Shown piece by piece: positions 1 through 10,924 of a stretch of DNA of 64,000 bases. The position numbers were made by a program, and so were the translations under genes. The notes under the pieces are model-generated. The model had not been told where the DNA came from, made no database searches, and worked only from the letters and a program-made list of their open reading frames with translations. Within the stretch, counting starts at the first letter, position 1, and each line of letters opens with the position of its first letter. Source of the stretch: Mobula birostris (Eukaryota); the NCBI RefSeq assembly GCF_030028105.1, contig NC_092401.1:7722984-7786983 (forward strand), given 5' to 3'.

Positions 1-290
1 GATAATTGGTGAGTGTTGTATTCACGGAGGGGAGGATGTTAGGCTGATAATTGGTGAGTGTTGTATTCACGGAGGGGAGGACGGTAGGTTGATAATTGGT
101 GAGCGCTGTATTCACGGAGGGGAGGATGTTAGGCTGATAATCGGTGAGCGCTGTATTCACGGAGGGGAGGATGTTAGGCTGATAATTGGTGAGCGCTGTA
201 TTCACGGAGGGGAGGATGTTAGGCTGATAATCGGTGAGTGTTGTATTCACGGAGGGGAGGATGTTAGGCTGATATTTGGTGAGTGTTGTA
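1..290. repeat. 45-bp tandem repeat (~6.5 copies, runs off the window start)
   Basis: Unit gataattggtgagYgYtgtattcacggaggggaggatgttaggct repeated head-to-tail; produces the spurious (IIGERCIHGGEDVRL)n ORF. Confidence 0.95.
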
Positions 291-336
291 TTGCACAGAG
301 GGGTGGCCGGTGGGCTGATAGTTGGCGAGCGCTGTA

Positions 337-1746
337 GCATGCAAATAGACAAATGGAGTGAACTTTTTGAAAACCTTGTCAATTCACCCTGTGTTCAGAG
401 CTGCTTTTGAGAAGGTGCAGGTTTCTCCTGAGCAGAATGATGAGCAGAAACGGGGAACTGTGTGATACACCCAGTCTAAACCTATCATGTTACGTCTTGA
501 AGGAGTAGCTAGAGTGACAGGAACCCCAGAATTTGCCGGATTGTCCGAGGACTGGAAAAGAAGAGTAACTGAGAAGATGTTGGGACACGAAGATGCGTTT
601 TCTACTGACGAGACTGATGTTGGTTTCTCCAGGAGTACTTGCCACGCTATTGGAGCGAACGAAGGCACCCCTTTCTGAGAGAGGTCTCGCCGGTTAGCAC
701 CAGCGGAGCGTGACAATGTCTGGTTGCACCAGCTTAAACTGTTTGGGGGGGGAGGGTTACCTGAGCTGCCGGAAGACACATATGGTAGACAGGGAGAGGC
801 ACTCTGTAGAAGACAGGAAGGATCACAAGAGGTGATTGTAGCTGGGGGAGCTGACGATGGGACAAAGAGGTCTCAAAGGGTCAGGAAATGGCCGCAGATT
901 GACTGGCCTTTGGCACACCAGCGGAACAGTGTGTTGTGTCTATCCCCCTTATGAAATACGTCACTACCACTCACAAATGGATTGGAGGTCCTGACATCAC
1001 AAAATTCCTTTGGAACTGTGTTATTAATGGTGGGTTGATAAATTTCGAAGTCTTGAGGCCATGACTATTGTTGGTGGGGGAGAGTGTAACGCCCTGGCTA
1101 AGATTTTTACTGTTATGATGTAGGTACAGTATTTCACTTTAGCTGTTCTGCAAGAGCAGTCTGTTCTGCTTTCAGCCTGCTTGGGTCTGAGCTGAGGAAA
1201 GAGGCTTTGTTGTCCACCTTAGGAATGTGGAGTCAGCCAGTCGGGATGGTGCAGGTCGGGAGGACGCTGCGCTGCGAGTTTTTGTGAGGGACACGGGTGT
1301 GGGTCGAGGTCTTTACTGGTGGCAGCTGGGAGAAGACAGGAGGGAAGATGGCTGAGGATGCCGTCCCTGTTGGTTAAGGAGGGGAAGCACAGGCTTCAGA
1401 GGGGAAGGACCAATATTCTCATGGGAGAATATTGTTCCAGATGGACTTCGAGCAACATTGGGAAGATGGTATGTGCTCTCACGCAGACCAAGGGTCCAGC
1501 GCGTGAGTGACAGACAAGCTCAAAATGAGCTCCAACTGAAGTGCACATTTGACTGTTTAAGATTAATGGGCTTTTTTTTGGGTTTTTTTCTTTCCTTTAA
1601 GAACTGTTTGCTTAAATTAGCATTCTTAAATATAATTTTTATAATTGTATTCAGTGTACGATCTGTTACTTCTTGCCGACGGGCGATTGCCAAGGGCAGT
1701 AAATCATACAGCATTCACAGAAACCAGGGTGTGGGTGGGCGTGACA
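337..1746 (+). mobile_element. Internally deleted Gypsy remnant with 3' LTR (1085-1746)
   Basis: FSTDETDVG...ERSRRLAPA matches the pre-RT region of the element at 12.9-13.1 kb; PPT ttggtggggggagag followed by TGTAAC...GTGACA. Confidence 0.8.
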
Positions 1747-1749
1747 CCC

Positions 1750-2000
1750 CAATCTCATGGATCAAAGTCGTATACAGCCTGGACGTACGAAGCCTGATAC
1801 GGTGGTAGAGGCAAGGACATTGGATGCTTTTAAGGGACATTTGGATAGGCACATGGATGTACTGAAAGGAAAATGGAAGGATATGGACATTGTGTAGGTA
1901 GGAGAGATCAGCGTTTGGGTGTTTTTTGATTTACTTTTCAGCTGTTTTGGCACAATATTGTGGGACGAAGGGCCTGTTCCTGTGCTGTATTCTTCTGTGT
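1750..2000 (+). mobile_element. CR1-type LINE 3' fragment
   Basis: cttttaagggacatttggataggcacatggat...gaagggcctgttcctgtgctgta, the CR1 3' end that recurs through the window. Confidence 0.7.
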
Positions 2001-2369
2001 TCTCTAACACAACTGGACAGTTTTCGCTGAGTAATTATTTCTTGAAGTTCAGGTGAGCATATCTTCATAAAGGACTTTCGCTCACAGTGATGAGCTGGTT
2101 GAGGTTCAACGAGTTTCATTCTTGAGGTCTGTATTACATTACATCTTTTATTATTTCTTTTTTGTTTAAAAAATGCAGCAAAAGACTCACTTTTAGCCTC
2201 AGATGCTTTCAGCAACCATTCCCTCAATGGAGTTGGGTTTAACTGATGATCAATAGTTGAAAATAATACTCTTGGATTACCTGGACTGCCATTAATAACT
2301 TTAGTAGGCTTTGAAATATTTGTTCAAAAATCATCTACTGTTATCATACCATGGAAAACTCAAGTAGTC

Positions 2370-2599
2370 TATAAGAGAATGTTGTAAGGCTGAGCACAAA
2401 CAAAACTAACAGTGCAATACTGGATCATTTTTCTCAGTAAATAAATGAACAAGTATAATTTTTTGCATTATTTATTTATTTAATTGGTTCTCTTCTTCTA
2501 GCTTTAGGACTTGTGTGAAGACCTGATCACATTTTAGGTCATATTTATGCAGAAATGAGTTGAAATTCTACAGGGTTCACAAAATTTCTATCACCACTG
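2370..2599 (+). mobile_element. Tc1-like DNA transposon 3' end (degenerate)
   Basis: Ends gggttcacaaaatttctatcaccactg followed by TA, resembling a Tc1 terminal repeat plus TA target. Confidence 0.45.
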
Positions 2600-3184
2600 T
2601 ACTTAGTACAATTCAGCTTTTTCTATTATTATGTAGTGCATGGTACAGCTGCCACAAAGACAACACATTTTACCACATTTAACGGTGATATTAAACCTGG
2701 TGCTGATTCTTTTTAAGGAAAGCTGTAAGTCATGTTCGTTATTTACATACTTTCATTGTTTTATTTTTGATAAATGAATAGCAGGCATTGAAATAGAAGA
2801 AGCGTTTAAAAAAAAAACCTGCTCAGAAATTATGGATATTAACTATTTACAAAGACGATTGAAAGCAAACATGTGTATGTACTCTGATAATAAAATTTAC
2901 TTTGAACTTTGAATTTTGCTTCAAATTACATACAGGCTTAATTCAGGCAGGAAGTGAAGAGGTGGATTATTTTAATATTAAATTATCTGCTCTGAGTGTC
3001 ATGGCAAGACTAACATTCATTGCACATCCTTGCTTGCCTCTGATGGGCTGGTGATGGGCCAGCTTTTAAAGGCACTAGACCATAACAACATATAATATAG
3101 GAGTAGAATGAGGCCATTTGGCCCATCGAGTCTGCTTCATTATTAAGGCCACATCTGAAGTGTTACATACAGTTCTGGTTGCCT

Positions 3185-3565
3185 CACTAGAAGAAGGATG
3201 TTGAGGCTTTGGAAAGGGTGCAGAAAAGGTTTCTGTTTCTCAGGTTTGAAATGTCTAATACTAGGGCATGCAATGAAGGTGAAAGGGGGTGTGTTCAAAG
3301 TGGATGTGAGGGGTAAGTTTTTCACTCAGATGTGTGGGTGCTGGAATGCACAGTTTGATACAGTGGTAGAGGCAAGTACATTAGAAGCTTTTACGAGATG
3401 TTTAGATAAGCTCGTGATTATGAGGAAGATGGTAGGAAATGGACATTGTGTAGGTAGGAGGAATTCGTTTTGGGGTTTTTTAATTTACTTTTTTAGCTGG
3501 TTTGCCACAACACTGTGGGCCAAAGGGCCTGTTCCTGCGCAGTACTATTCGATGTTCTATGTTCA
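3185..3565 (+). mobile_element. CR1-type LINE 3' fragment
   Basis: Degenerate ORF2 end (aaggatgttgaggctttggaaagggtgcag) and atgttctatgttc tail. Confidence 0.75.
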
Positions 3566-3569
3566 AGAT

Positions 3570-4487
3570 TGTCACGAACCCCGTGATGGGTTAAAAAGGA
3601 CCAGCAGAAATGGAACACAGCTGGTCTAAATTAAGACTATAGTTATTACTAGTAGGAATTAATATCATTAAACCGAATAGTACAATACAGGTTATAAACT
3701 ATTACATATATATCTATCCGTAAATGTGTGTGTGGATACAAAATATAATATTCCAGGAGGTAGATATCAGTCTTACGGTATCAGGTAAGTTTAAGCAGTT
3801 CAGTTCACTTTGTGTTGCGTCGAGTTGAATTGATGGAGAGAGAGAGAGTTAATTGAGTTGATGTTCAAGTTGGCAGCTTTAGTTGTTCTTGCTTCCGAAG
3901 TCTTCAGAGTCACTTCATGTGACCCCCACACAGACACAGATGGACAGAGCCCCTTCTAGGGAACAGTCTACTAACCCACGGCACGGGTTCACCACCAGAA
4001 GACCCCCACAGGCAAGCTCTTACCCGCACTGGTAATCACGGGTCAAAGTTAATCGGTCTGTCGCCTCCACCCTCGTGGTGGTCTTAAACTCCACCAGTGG
4101 TTTCTCGGGTAGCTTCCCCAGTTCTCTCATGTCGTGTCTCCTCTTCCGTTATCAGACCGAAGGATCAACATTTTATAATCCATCCAAAATTCCAGCGTCC
4201 GTTAGCTCAACCGCTCTGAGCTGTTACCATGGTGACTCCCCAGCTCGTGTCTCAGCTTGCGCCATACTCTCTCTCTCTTTTAATTGCCTCCTTGTTCATT
4301 AGACTGCTGAGCTTTCTAGCAGTTTCTCACCCTCCCCCTTTTGAGAAGATCTTGATCTTCGAGCAAAATTTTGCTCACTCACAGATTCTACACACCAAGC
4401 ACTATATTCTACTTCACAGAGTGTACATTCAGCATTTACACAGTTCGTCGGCGTTTCTAACAGCGGGATAGGCAATCTGCAATGACA
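3570..4487. mobile_element. LTR-like element (probable solo LTR)
   Basis: TGTCACG...ATGACA termini; no TSD found, so the right boundary may be 4462. Confidence 0.5.
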
Positions 4488-4499
4488 TTGTCCGTACCC

Positions 4500-4720
4500 C
4501 TTAAGTGTCCCTCTCGAGTCTTATATTTTTAATTGTTTTTTCAAACCATCTTTAATTGACTCATCTTTTAAGGAATGGGATAGATTGGGTATTAAATGAT
4601 TTCAGGATTTGGTTGAGGGAGGGAATCTCTTCTTTTGTGCAACTTTCAACGAAATTTAACCTTCCCAACACTCATTTTTTTTGATACTTACACAGTGGAG
4701 GTTTTTTAAGACCTCAATTC
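4500..4720 (+). mobile_element. L1-clade ORF2 fragment
   Basis: Degenerate GNLFFCATF/STKFNLPNTHFF segment typical of the C-terminal part of fish L1 ORF2. Confidence 0.55.
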
Positions 4721-4850
4721 CTTACATTTCCTACAAGTCCAGATAAGCACGATCCATGTGGTACACCACAGGTCACAAGCTTCCAACCACAATGCCAAAC
4801 ACTTCATCATCCACACGTGCCCATTCAGCATCTAATCTGCCATTGTTCCC

Positions 4851-5445
4851 TGTGAAACACCCTGGTTTCCTTGGCTGTGTAAGTCGAGGGAAGACAATCT
4901 CAAGTCCCAGAAACTCGTGAGATTGAGACGGCTCATCCCACCCCAAACTGTGGTTTGTGTGAATGCTGGGTATTTTGTGACCCTGTTACAAATTAGTGCC
5001 ATGAAATAACAGACAGGACGCTCCATATGATTAATGGAATTATCTTTAGGAATCTTAACTAAAGGGTTAGTAAAGAATAACAGAACGAAAAGGCCCTATT
5101 CTAATTAAACATTCAAATATGCACAAGTTGGAGCTCATCTTGAACTTCTCTGTCACTTATGCGCTGGTCCCTCGGTCAATGTGAATACCCACACCACCTT
5201 CTGTATGTCGTGCGCAATCTATCTCGAACAAACAGGTCTCCCACCAGATTGTATGCTACGACCTAGCGTCTTGTCTCTTCATCTCCCGCTGAAACAGAAT
5301 GCAAGACTAACCTTATTGTCCCTCAGCAAGAAAACCTCCCGCTGATTGGATGGCACACATTGCACATCATCCCTTATCTTCAGCAATAACCCAAACTGGC
5401 TGACAGCAGAGCAGAGCTGCTCAATGAAATCCCTACAGCATCACA
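4851..5445. mobile_element. Probable solo LTR
   Basis: TGTGA...TCACA termini; layout resembles the LTR at 60328-60903; no TSD. Confidence 0.5.
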
Positions 5446-6407
5446 GTAAAGATGTGAAGCAGGGCTTTACACCTGGATGTCATGGGCAAGCCCCGCTCCC
5501 ATTCCATCTTTCTCCATGCACGTCTGCATTATCTTTCTATAATGCAGTTCGTTGAATCTTAAATGTGCCCGTCCACTTCTCCACAACTTCCTTCAACTTG
5601 CATTCTGAATCCTTCAAGTCTGGCTTTTGTTGAACATGGATAGATTGAGGTTTGGATTGGTCCGACCTCTCTGCCCTAAAATTTGGAGATTCTGTGAAGG
5701 TGATCGGTGGTAAGTAGGTGGCTTCTCCCACAATGATTCTCTTTCTAAGTTTATTTGGAATTTCTACATCAGGGGAAATGAGGTAAGGCTCAAACAGCAC
5801 AGCTCACAACTCATTCACGTAGTTGATTAAAACTGGATGAAATGCCAGATTCATACTGTCCCTTCTATGTTTAAATGCACTTGTTGGCCTCTCTCTCCCT
5901 GCATGGCCTGATTTTCCCCCTCTTTTTTCCCACCTTCGTCTAATTCACCTGCCACTGTCTCCTAACTCCACTCCAAGCCATTTCCTCTTTGACCTGGCGC
6001 ATCTGTCCATCATCTTCCACCTTGTCAGCTCACTAATCACTTTGGTCTGTCTCACCACTCCTGGGGGACCATCTCACTTCTCCCACTCTGTCATGATGAA
6101 GGACTTCAACTCAAAATCAACATTTCCTTTTCTCCCACTGTTGCTGCTTGAACACCCTGCAGCTTTCTGCCAGTTGAATGTTTGATGCGGGCTGTTAGTA
6201 TTTTAGTTTCTTCTTTCTCTTTTTATTCTTGTTCTAAATACTCCCTCTTTATCTTATCTCAGTCAATATCCCTGCTTCCGAAGCTGCTTCCAGTTCTCAG
6301 GGTTTTAGATTTCTTGAGACATCTTTGTTTTTTCATAAGCTTCTCTGAGGAACTTGCAAAAGTTGAAAATACTTAATGCAGAAGTTGGTTACTCTGTAGT
6401 ATGTATT

Positions 6408-7607
6408 TGTCATGGTCCGGTCCGTGAAGTCTGTATTCCGGTTCACGGTCCAGTCCATCGACCCTTGCTCCAGGTTTTCCTGTCTATCCTGTTTCTGTTC
6501 TTGTTGAGCTAATTGAGGCAGCTGATGCTAGTTGGGGCTGGCTGCATAAATACCTTCAGAGACCAGGGTGTGGCTGCTGGATTGTTCTTGTCCTTACTCC
6601 TTGTATCCCTTCCTTGGCCTTCTGTTTCCTCGCCTGAAGCCCTGCCTTGTCTTGCCAGTAACTCTCGCCTCACCTGAAGTTCTCATCTCACCTTGCATTG
6701 CCTGAAGCCTTGCCTGGTCTTGCTGGTAACTCTCGCCTCATCTCGCCTTCAGTCTGGTCCTAGAGCCACCCTGTACCTAGCTCCTTTCCTGTCCCTTGCC
6801 TCTGCCGGGTAAGTCAGGCTGTCTTGCCGTTACCTGCAGTTGGTTCTGTCCCTTCCTGTCCCTTGCCTCCATCAGGTAAGTCAGGCTGTCTTCACATTAC
6901 CTGTGGTTGATTCTGTCCATTCCTGTCCCTTCCTGTCCCTTGCCTCCATCTTGCCGTTACCTGCGGTTGGTTCTGTCCCTTCCTGTCCCTTGCCTCTGTC
7001 GGGTGGTGATCCGTGCCCTGCCCAGGAGTACCATGCCCTACCCAGGTGAACCATGCCATGCCCAGGAGGAGCCTGCCAAGCCTCAAGCCTGAAGACTCTA
7101 GCCTCCTGCCAAGCCTCTAGCCTCTATCCTCAAGCCTGAATACCCCAGCCTCCTGCCTCCTGCCAAGCCTCATCTCCAGCCTCTAGCCTCACGCCTGAAG
7201 ACTCCTGCCTCCTGCCAAGCCTCGTCGCTAGCCTCTAGCCTCAAGCCTGAAGACTCCAGCCTCCTGCCTCCTGCCAAGCTTCGCCTCTAGCCCCAAGCCT
7301 GAAGACCCCAGCCTCCTGCCTCCTGCCAAGCCTCGTCTCCAGCCTCTAGCCTCTAGCCTGAAGACTCCAGCCTCGTCCTTGCCTAGTTCTGGAGTCCAAG
7401 CCAGAGGCAAGACCCAGGTACTGGGTCCTTGTCCAGTCTCTGGCTTGCAGGTCAAGCCCGGGCTCCTAGCTCTCTTGTCCAGTCCTGTTCCGGGTTCCCG
7501 TTTTCGTGTCCATATCCTTGCCCTCAGCCTGTATCCTAGTCCTGTCCCTAGTACTTCAGTGTCTGTGTCTTGCACTTGGGTCCGTTCCCAGCCACCACCC
7601 TATGACA
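6408..7607 (+). mobile_element. Solo LTR with internal tandem repeats
   Basis: TGTCATGG...TATGACA; 5-bp TSD gtatt/gtact; empty site in copy B (~58385); same family as 50241-51189. Confidence 0.9.
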
Positions 7608-7849
7608 GTACTGTCTTTACTGTGACAGTAAAAATGCTGACATATAAAAATAATGCGCATCTTTTCCTGTTCTCATGAAGTACTGTGTATTTTATTAAGG
7701 TCCTGTCCAGAGATGAGTGTGTTTTATAGGCCAATTGATTAGAGTTCAGGATGTGCTTGTCTCTGTACGGGTGAAATGTAAAACATTGGAAGCATTGGTG
7801 AGTTTGAGTGACAAGAGTTATTGAATGTATAGTAAAAAATAAGAGTTCA

Positions 7850-8880
7850 CTCTTACAAGCCAAACTGGATTTTTTGAGCAAGCGATGCAGGGAATTTGTT
7901 TTGGTTGGGCAGTGGATGTCATCTACATGAACATCACTATAGTGTTTGACAAGGTACGTCATGGTCTGATGGTCCAGAACACAAGGGGATCTGTGGATGT
8001 TGGAAATCTTGAGCAACATGCTTTAGATAGACCAACTCAGCAAACCAGGCAGCATCTATGGCGGAGAATACACAGTCAACATTTCAGGCCAAGAAACTCA
8101 TCACTTGCAGGGTCTCTGCACTAAATATTGGCTGATCCAAAGGATTTAGTCAAAATTGGATCACCGGTGAATTGATAAATTGGATGCAAATTTGGCTTTG
8201 TCAGAGAAGACAGGGTAGTGGTTGCAGGTTGTTCATGATGGGTGGACACTAACCACTGATATTCTGTAACTATCAGTGCTGGGGCTTCTGTTTTGTAATA
8301 TATGTTCAAGAGTCTTATTAAAATTTTATGTGCTCTGATCGGGAAGTGTACAGATGAGATGAAAATTAGTGGAGTTGTTGGAGCAGTATACAGATTAGTT
8401 GTAAATTTAAGCAGAGAAATAGCAGCTGGAGTTTCATCTGGACATGAGTAAGGGTCAAATACTGGGGGAAAGTCTACAGCCAATGGCAGGACCCTTGGGG
8501 ACATGAATCTACAGAAGCAACTTGAGGTACAAGTGCACAGCTTGCTGAAGGCGGCAGAATATATGGTCAGGATGGTAAAGAAACCCTCTGGACCAGACTA
8601 TATTTTAGAGGAGACCTTATAACGGATCAGGGTCTTGGCCCAAAATGTCAATGGTGTATTCTCTGCCATAGATGCTGCCTGACCTGCTGAGTTGCTCAAG
8701 ATTCCCAGCATCTGCAGACCCCTTGTGTTCTGGACCACTCTACCATGAGTTACCTTGTCAAACACTTTACTGATGTTCATGTAGACAACATCCACTGTCC
8801 AATCATCACAAATTATCTGTGTCACTCCCTCAGAAATTCCAGTCCTTGTAAGAGTGAACACCCCCATGAGAAAGCCAGGC
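7850..8880. repeat. Inverted repeat (CR1 fragment + Penelope terminal repeat arms) upstream of copy A
   Basis: ~7850-8110 is the reverse complement of ~8620-8880; homologous to the palindrome at 57010-58010. Confidence 0.8.
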
Positions 8881-9099
8881 TGACCATCGCTAATAAGTCT
8901 ATCCTTTACCAAATCAACATACTCCCCCTTAATCTTACCATCACCTATGATCTTCTCTCTGGTGAACACCAATGAAAAGTTCTCATTAAGTATCTCAACC
9001 ATTTTTCCTGCCTTGTGACCAAATTCATTCCATTGTCCATGATTACACAATTTTTTGACTCCTACCATCTTGCTCCCAATACACCTGTAAAATGCCTTG

Positions 9100-9730
9100 A
9101 GATTCTCCTATTGCTGCTATTGTTTAGGGCATTGAGTATAAAGATTGGGAAATTATGTTGCAGCTGTATTAAACTTTGCTTTGGCCACAACTGGGATATC
9201 TCTGGTGTGCAGTTCTGCTTTCCACATTATAGGAAGGATTTGAAGGATTTGGAAAGGGCACGGAACAGGTTTACCAGGATGATGTCTAGATTGGAGTGTA
9301 TTTCCAATCCCAAGAGGCCTGTTTCTCTGTTCTACTGGTCTGTCTGAAGAATGCTCATTGAAATCTATCGAATGTTGACAGGTATTGGAGGGGGAATGTG
9401 CAGGGGATATTTCCAGTGCCGGGGGAGTCTAAAACCAGAGGATACATCCTTATACTAGAAGGACGTTCATTTAGAACGGAGATGAGGAAGAATTACTTTA
9501 GCCGGAGCTTGGACAATCTGAGAAATTTGCTGCCATGGGCGACGATAGAGGACTCATTGGGCAGGATTAAGGCAGAGATTGAGAGGGTCTGGATCAGTCA
9601 AGGCGTGAAAAGTCACGGGGAGAAGGCAAGAGAATGGGGGTGAGAGGGAAATTTATTAGCCATGATGGAATGGCGGAGCACAATCGACGGGCCGAATGGT
9701 TTCATTCTGTTCCTATGTGTTATGGTCCTA
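9100..9730 (+). mobile_element. CR1-type LINE 3' fragment, shared with copy C (63660-64000)
   Basis: Degenerate ORF2 end and ttcctatgt tail; reverse complement present at the window end. Confidence 0.75.
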
Positions 9731-9869
9731 TGGATCCGGCACGAACACCCGCTCATTGTGAGGAGGGTTAGGAACTGAGGTGGATCAGACCACGCATTAT
9801 GTCAGCTCAATAGCTTCTGCCTTTGGGCTGGACTCGGTTCAGCGACGGGGATGAAGAAGCAAAGCGGGA

Positions 9870-10151
9870 GGAAAACTCCCCGACAAACTGAAGCAGCGCC
9901 GATGATTTGGGAGAGTCTGAGAGCTGAGGTTTCGGAAGAAAGCTGAAGACCTTGTGGGAATTGTCCCAGTTCACAGAACTTTAGCAACCACAGTGTGAGG
10001 TGGAGAACTGCAGGTGCTTGTAAGACCAGGCATTTCCGTATATTATCGCTTGACCGAACTTCCTCGGAGCGATGGAGCTTTGTGTGCCCACCGTGACTAT
10101 AGAGACGCTCTTAGTCAGTCGTGAGAAACAGATTTCTCTTCGGGAGCTTTC
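9870..10151 (+). promoter_or_regulatory. Putative promoter/5'UTR of copy A with kB-like and STAT-like motifs
   Basis: GGAAAACTCCCC (9870-9881), GGGAATTGTCCC (9956-9967), TTCGGAAGAA; GGGAGCTTTCTGA is invariant in A, B and both C modules. All deviate from the strict kB consensus. Confidence 0.35.
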
Positions 10152-10214
10152 TGACATTTATCACAGACTGAGATTTTGGCAAAACAACGTATCCCAGCGG
10201 CGATTTCGTAAGCT

Positions 10215-10281
10215 ATGAATTTCAGGCCGATTTCACTGAACGAATCAATTTTCGTTTTCACTTTACTCTTTATAGTAACAG
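10215..10281 (+). CDS. Copy A exon 1: intact signal-peptide exon MNFRPISLNESIFVFTLLFIVT(G), orphaned
   Basis: ATG at 10215, 67 nt, phase-1 donor AG|GTAGGT; 60/67 nt identical to exon 1 of copy B. Confidence 0.75.
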
Positions 10282-10383
10282 GTAGGTAAAGTGATTTAAA
10301 AACATTCAATATACACGTATTTACGCGGACTCACAGAGAATCCGATAACTCTACTTAGTATCTGTGCCACACACACAAAGCAC

Positions 10384-10421
10384 TGGTCCTAATGAAGGGT
10401 CTCGGCCCGAAACGTCGACTG
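10384..10421 (+). ncRNA. Minimal type I hammerhead motif (G5A-mutated) in a Penelope-like terminal repeat
   Basis: UGGUC-CUAAUGA-A-GGG(UCUCGG)CCC-GAAAC-GUC-GACUG: stem I, stem II and palindromic ACGU helix III present; core CUGAUGA mutated. Confidence 0.6.
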
Positions 10422-10924
10422 TTGGCTCTTTTCTATAGATGCTGGCTCACCTGCTGAGCTCCTCCAGCATGTTGTGTGTGTTGCTTGGATTTCCAGAATC
10501 TGCAGATATTCTCGTGTAAGCAACCGTGTATTTTTGCGCTGTATACTTTATTCTGCAGACTGTTACTCGTTTCTCGTTTTTATTCGTCGTCTCCGGCTTG
10601 CAGAACAAAAGAGAAATTTCACATTGATTTGTACTTCAACCGCAGAATGGCTGGAGAGATGAAAAATGGGAAAAAATGGGCACCGAGTAAATATTTGCAC
10701 AATTCACAGACGGGCTTTCAAACAGTTTCATGTTTAGTGAATTTTACACGTCATTTTGCCCATGATGTCGGAAGCGTGGCATTGTTCAGTATTGAGGACC
10801 GTTACAGACCACGTGCCTCTCGGTGATCCATTCCGACTCCCCGTCTGAGCGTAAAACTGTGGATCAGCCGCCAAGACTCAAATGATCCCAGATACAATTC
10901 GGTTTGTTTATTCATTCATTCATT

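Noticed and set aside
1-337. CRISPR-like array or repeat protein (IIGERCIHGGEDVRL)n
   Set aside because: Contiguous repeats with no spacers, eukaryotic context, no splice or domain support
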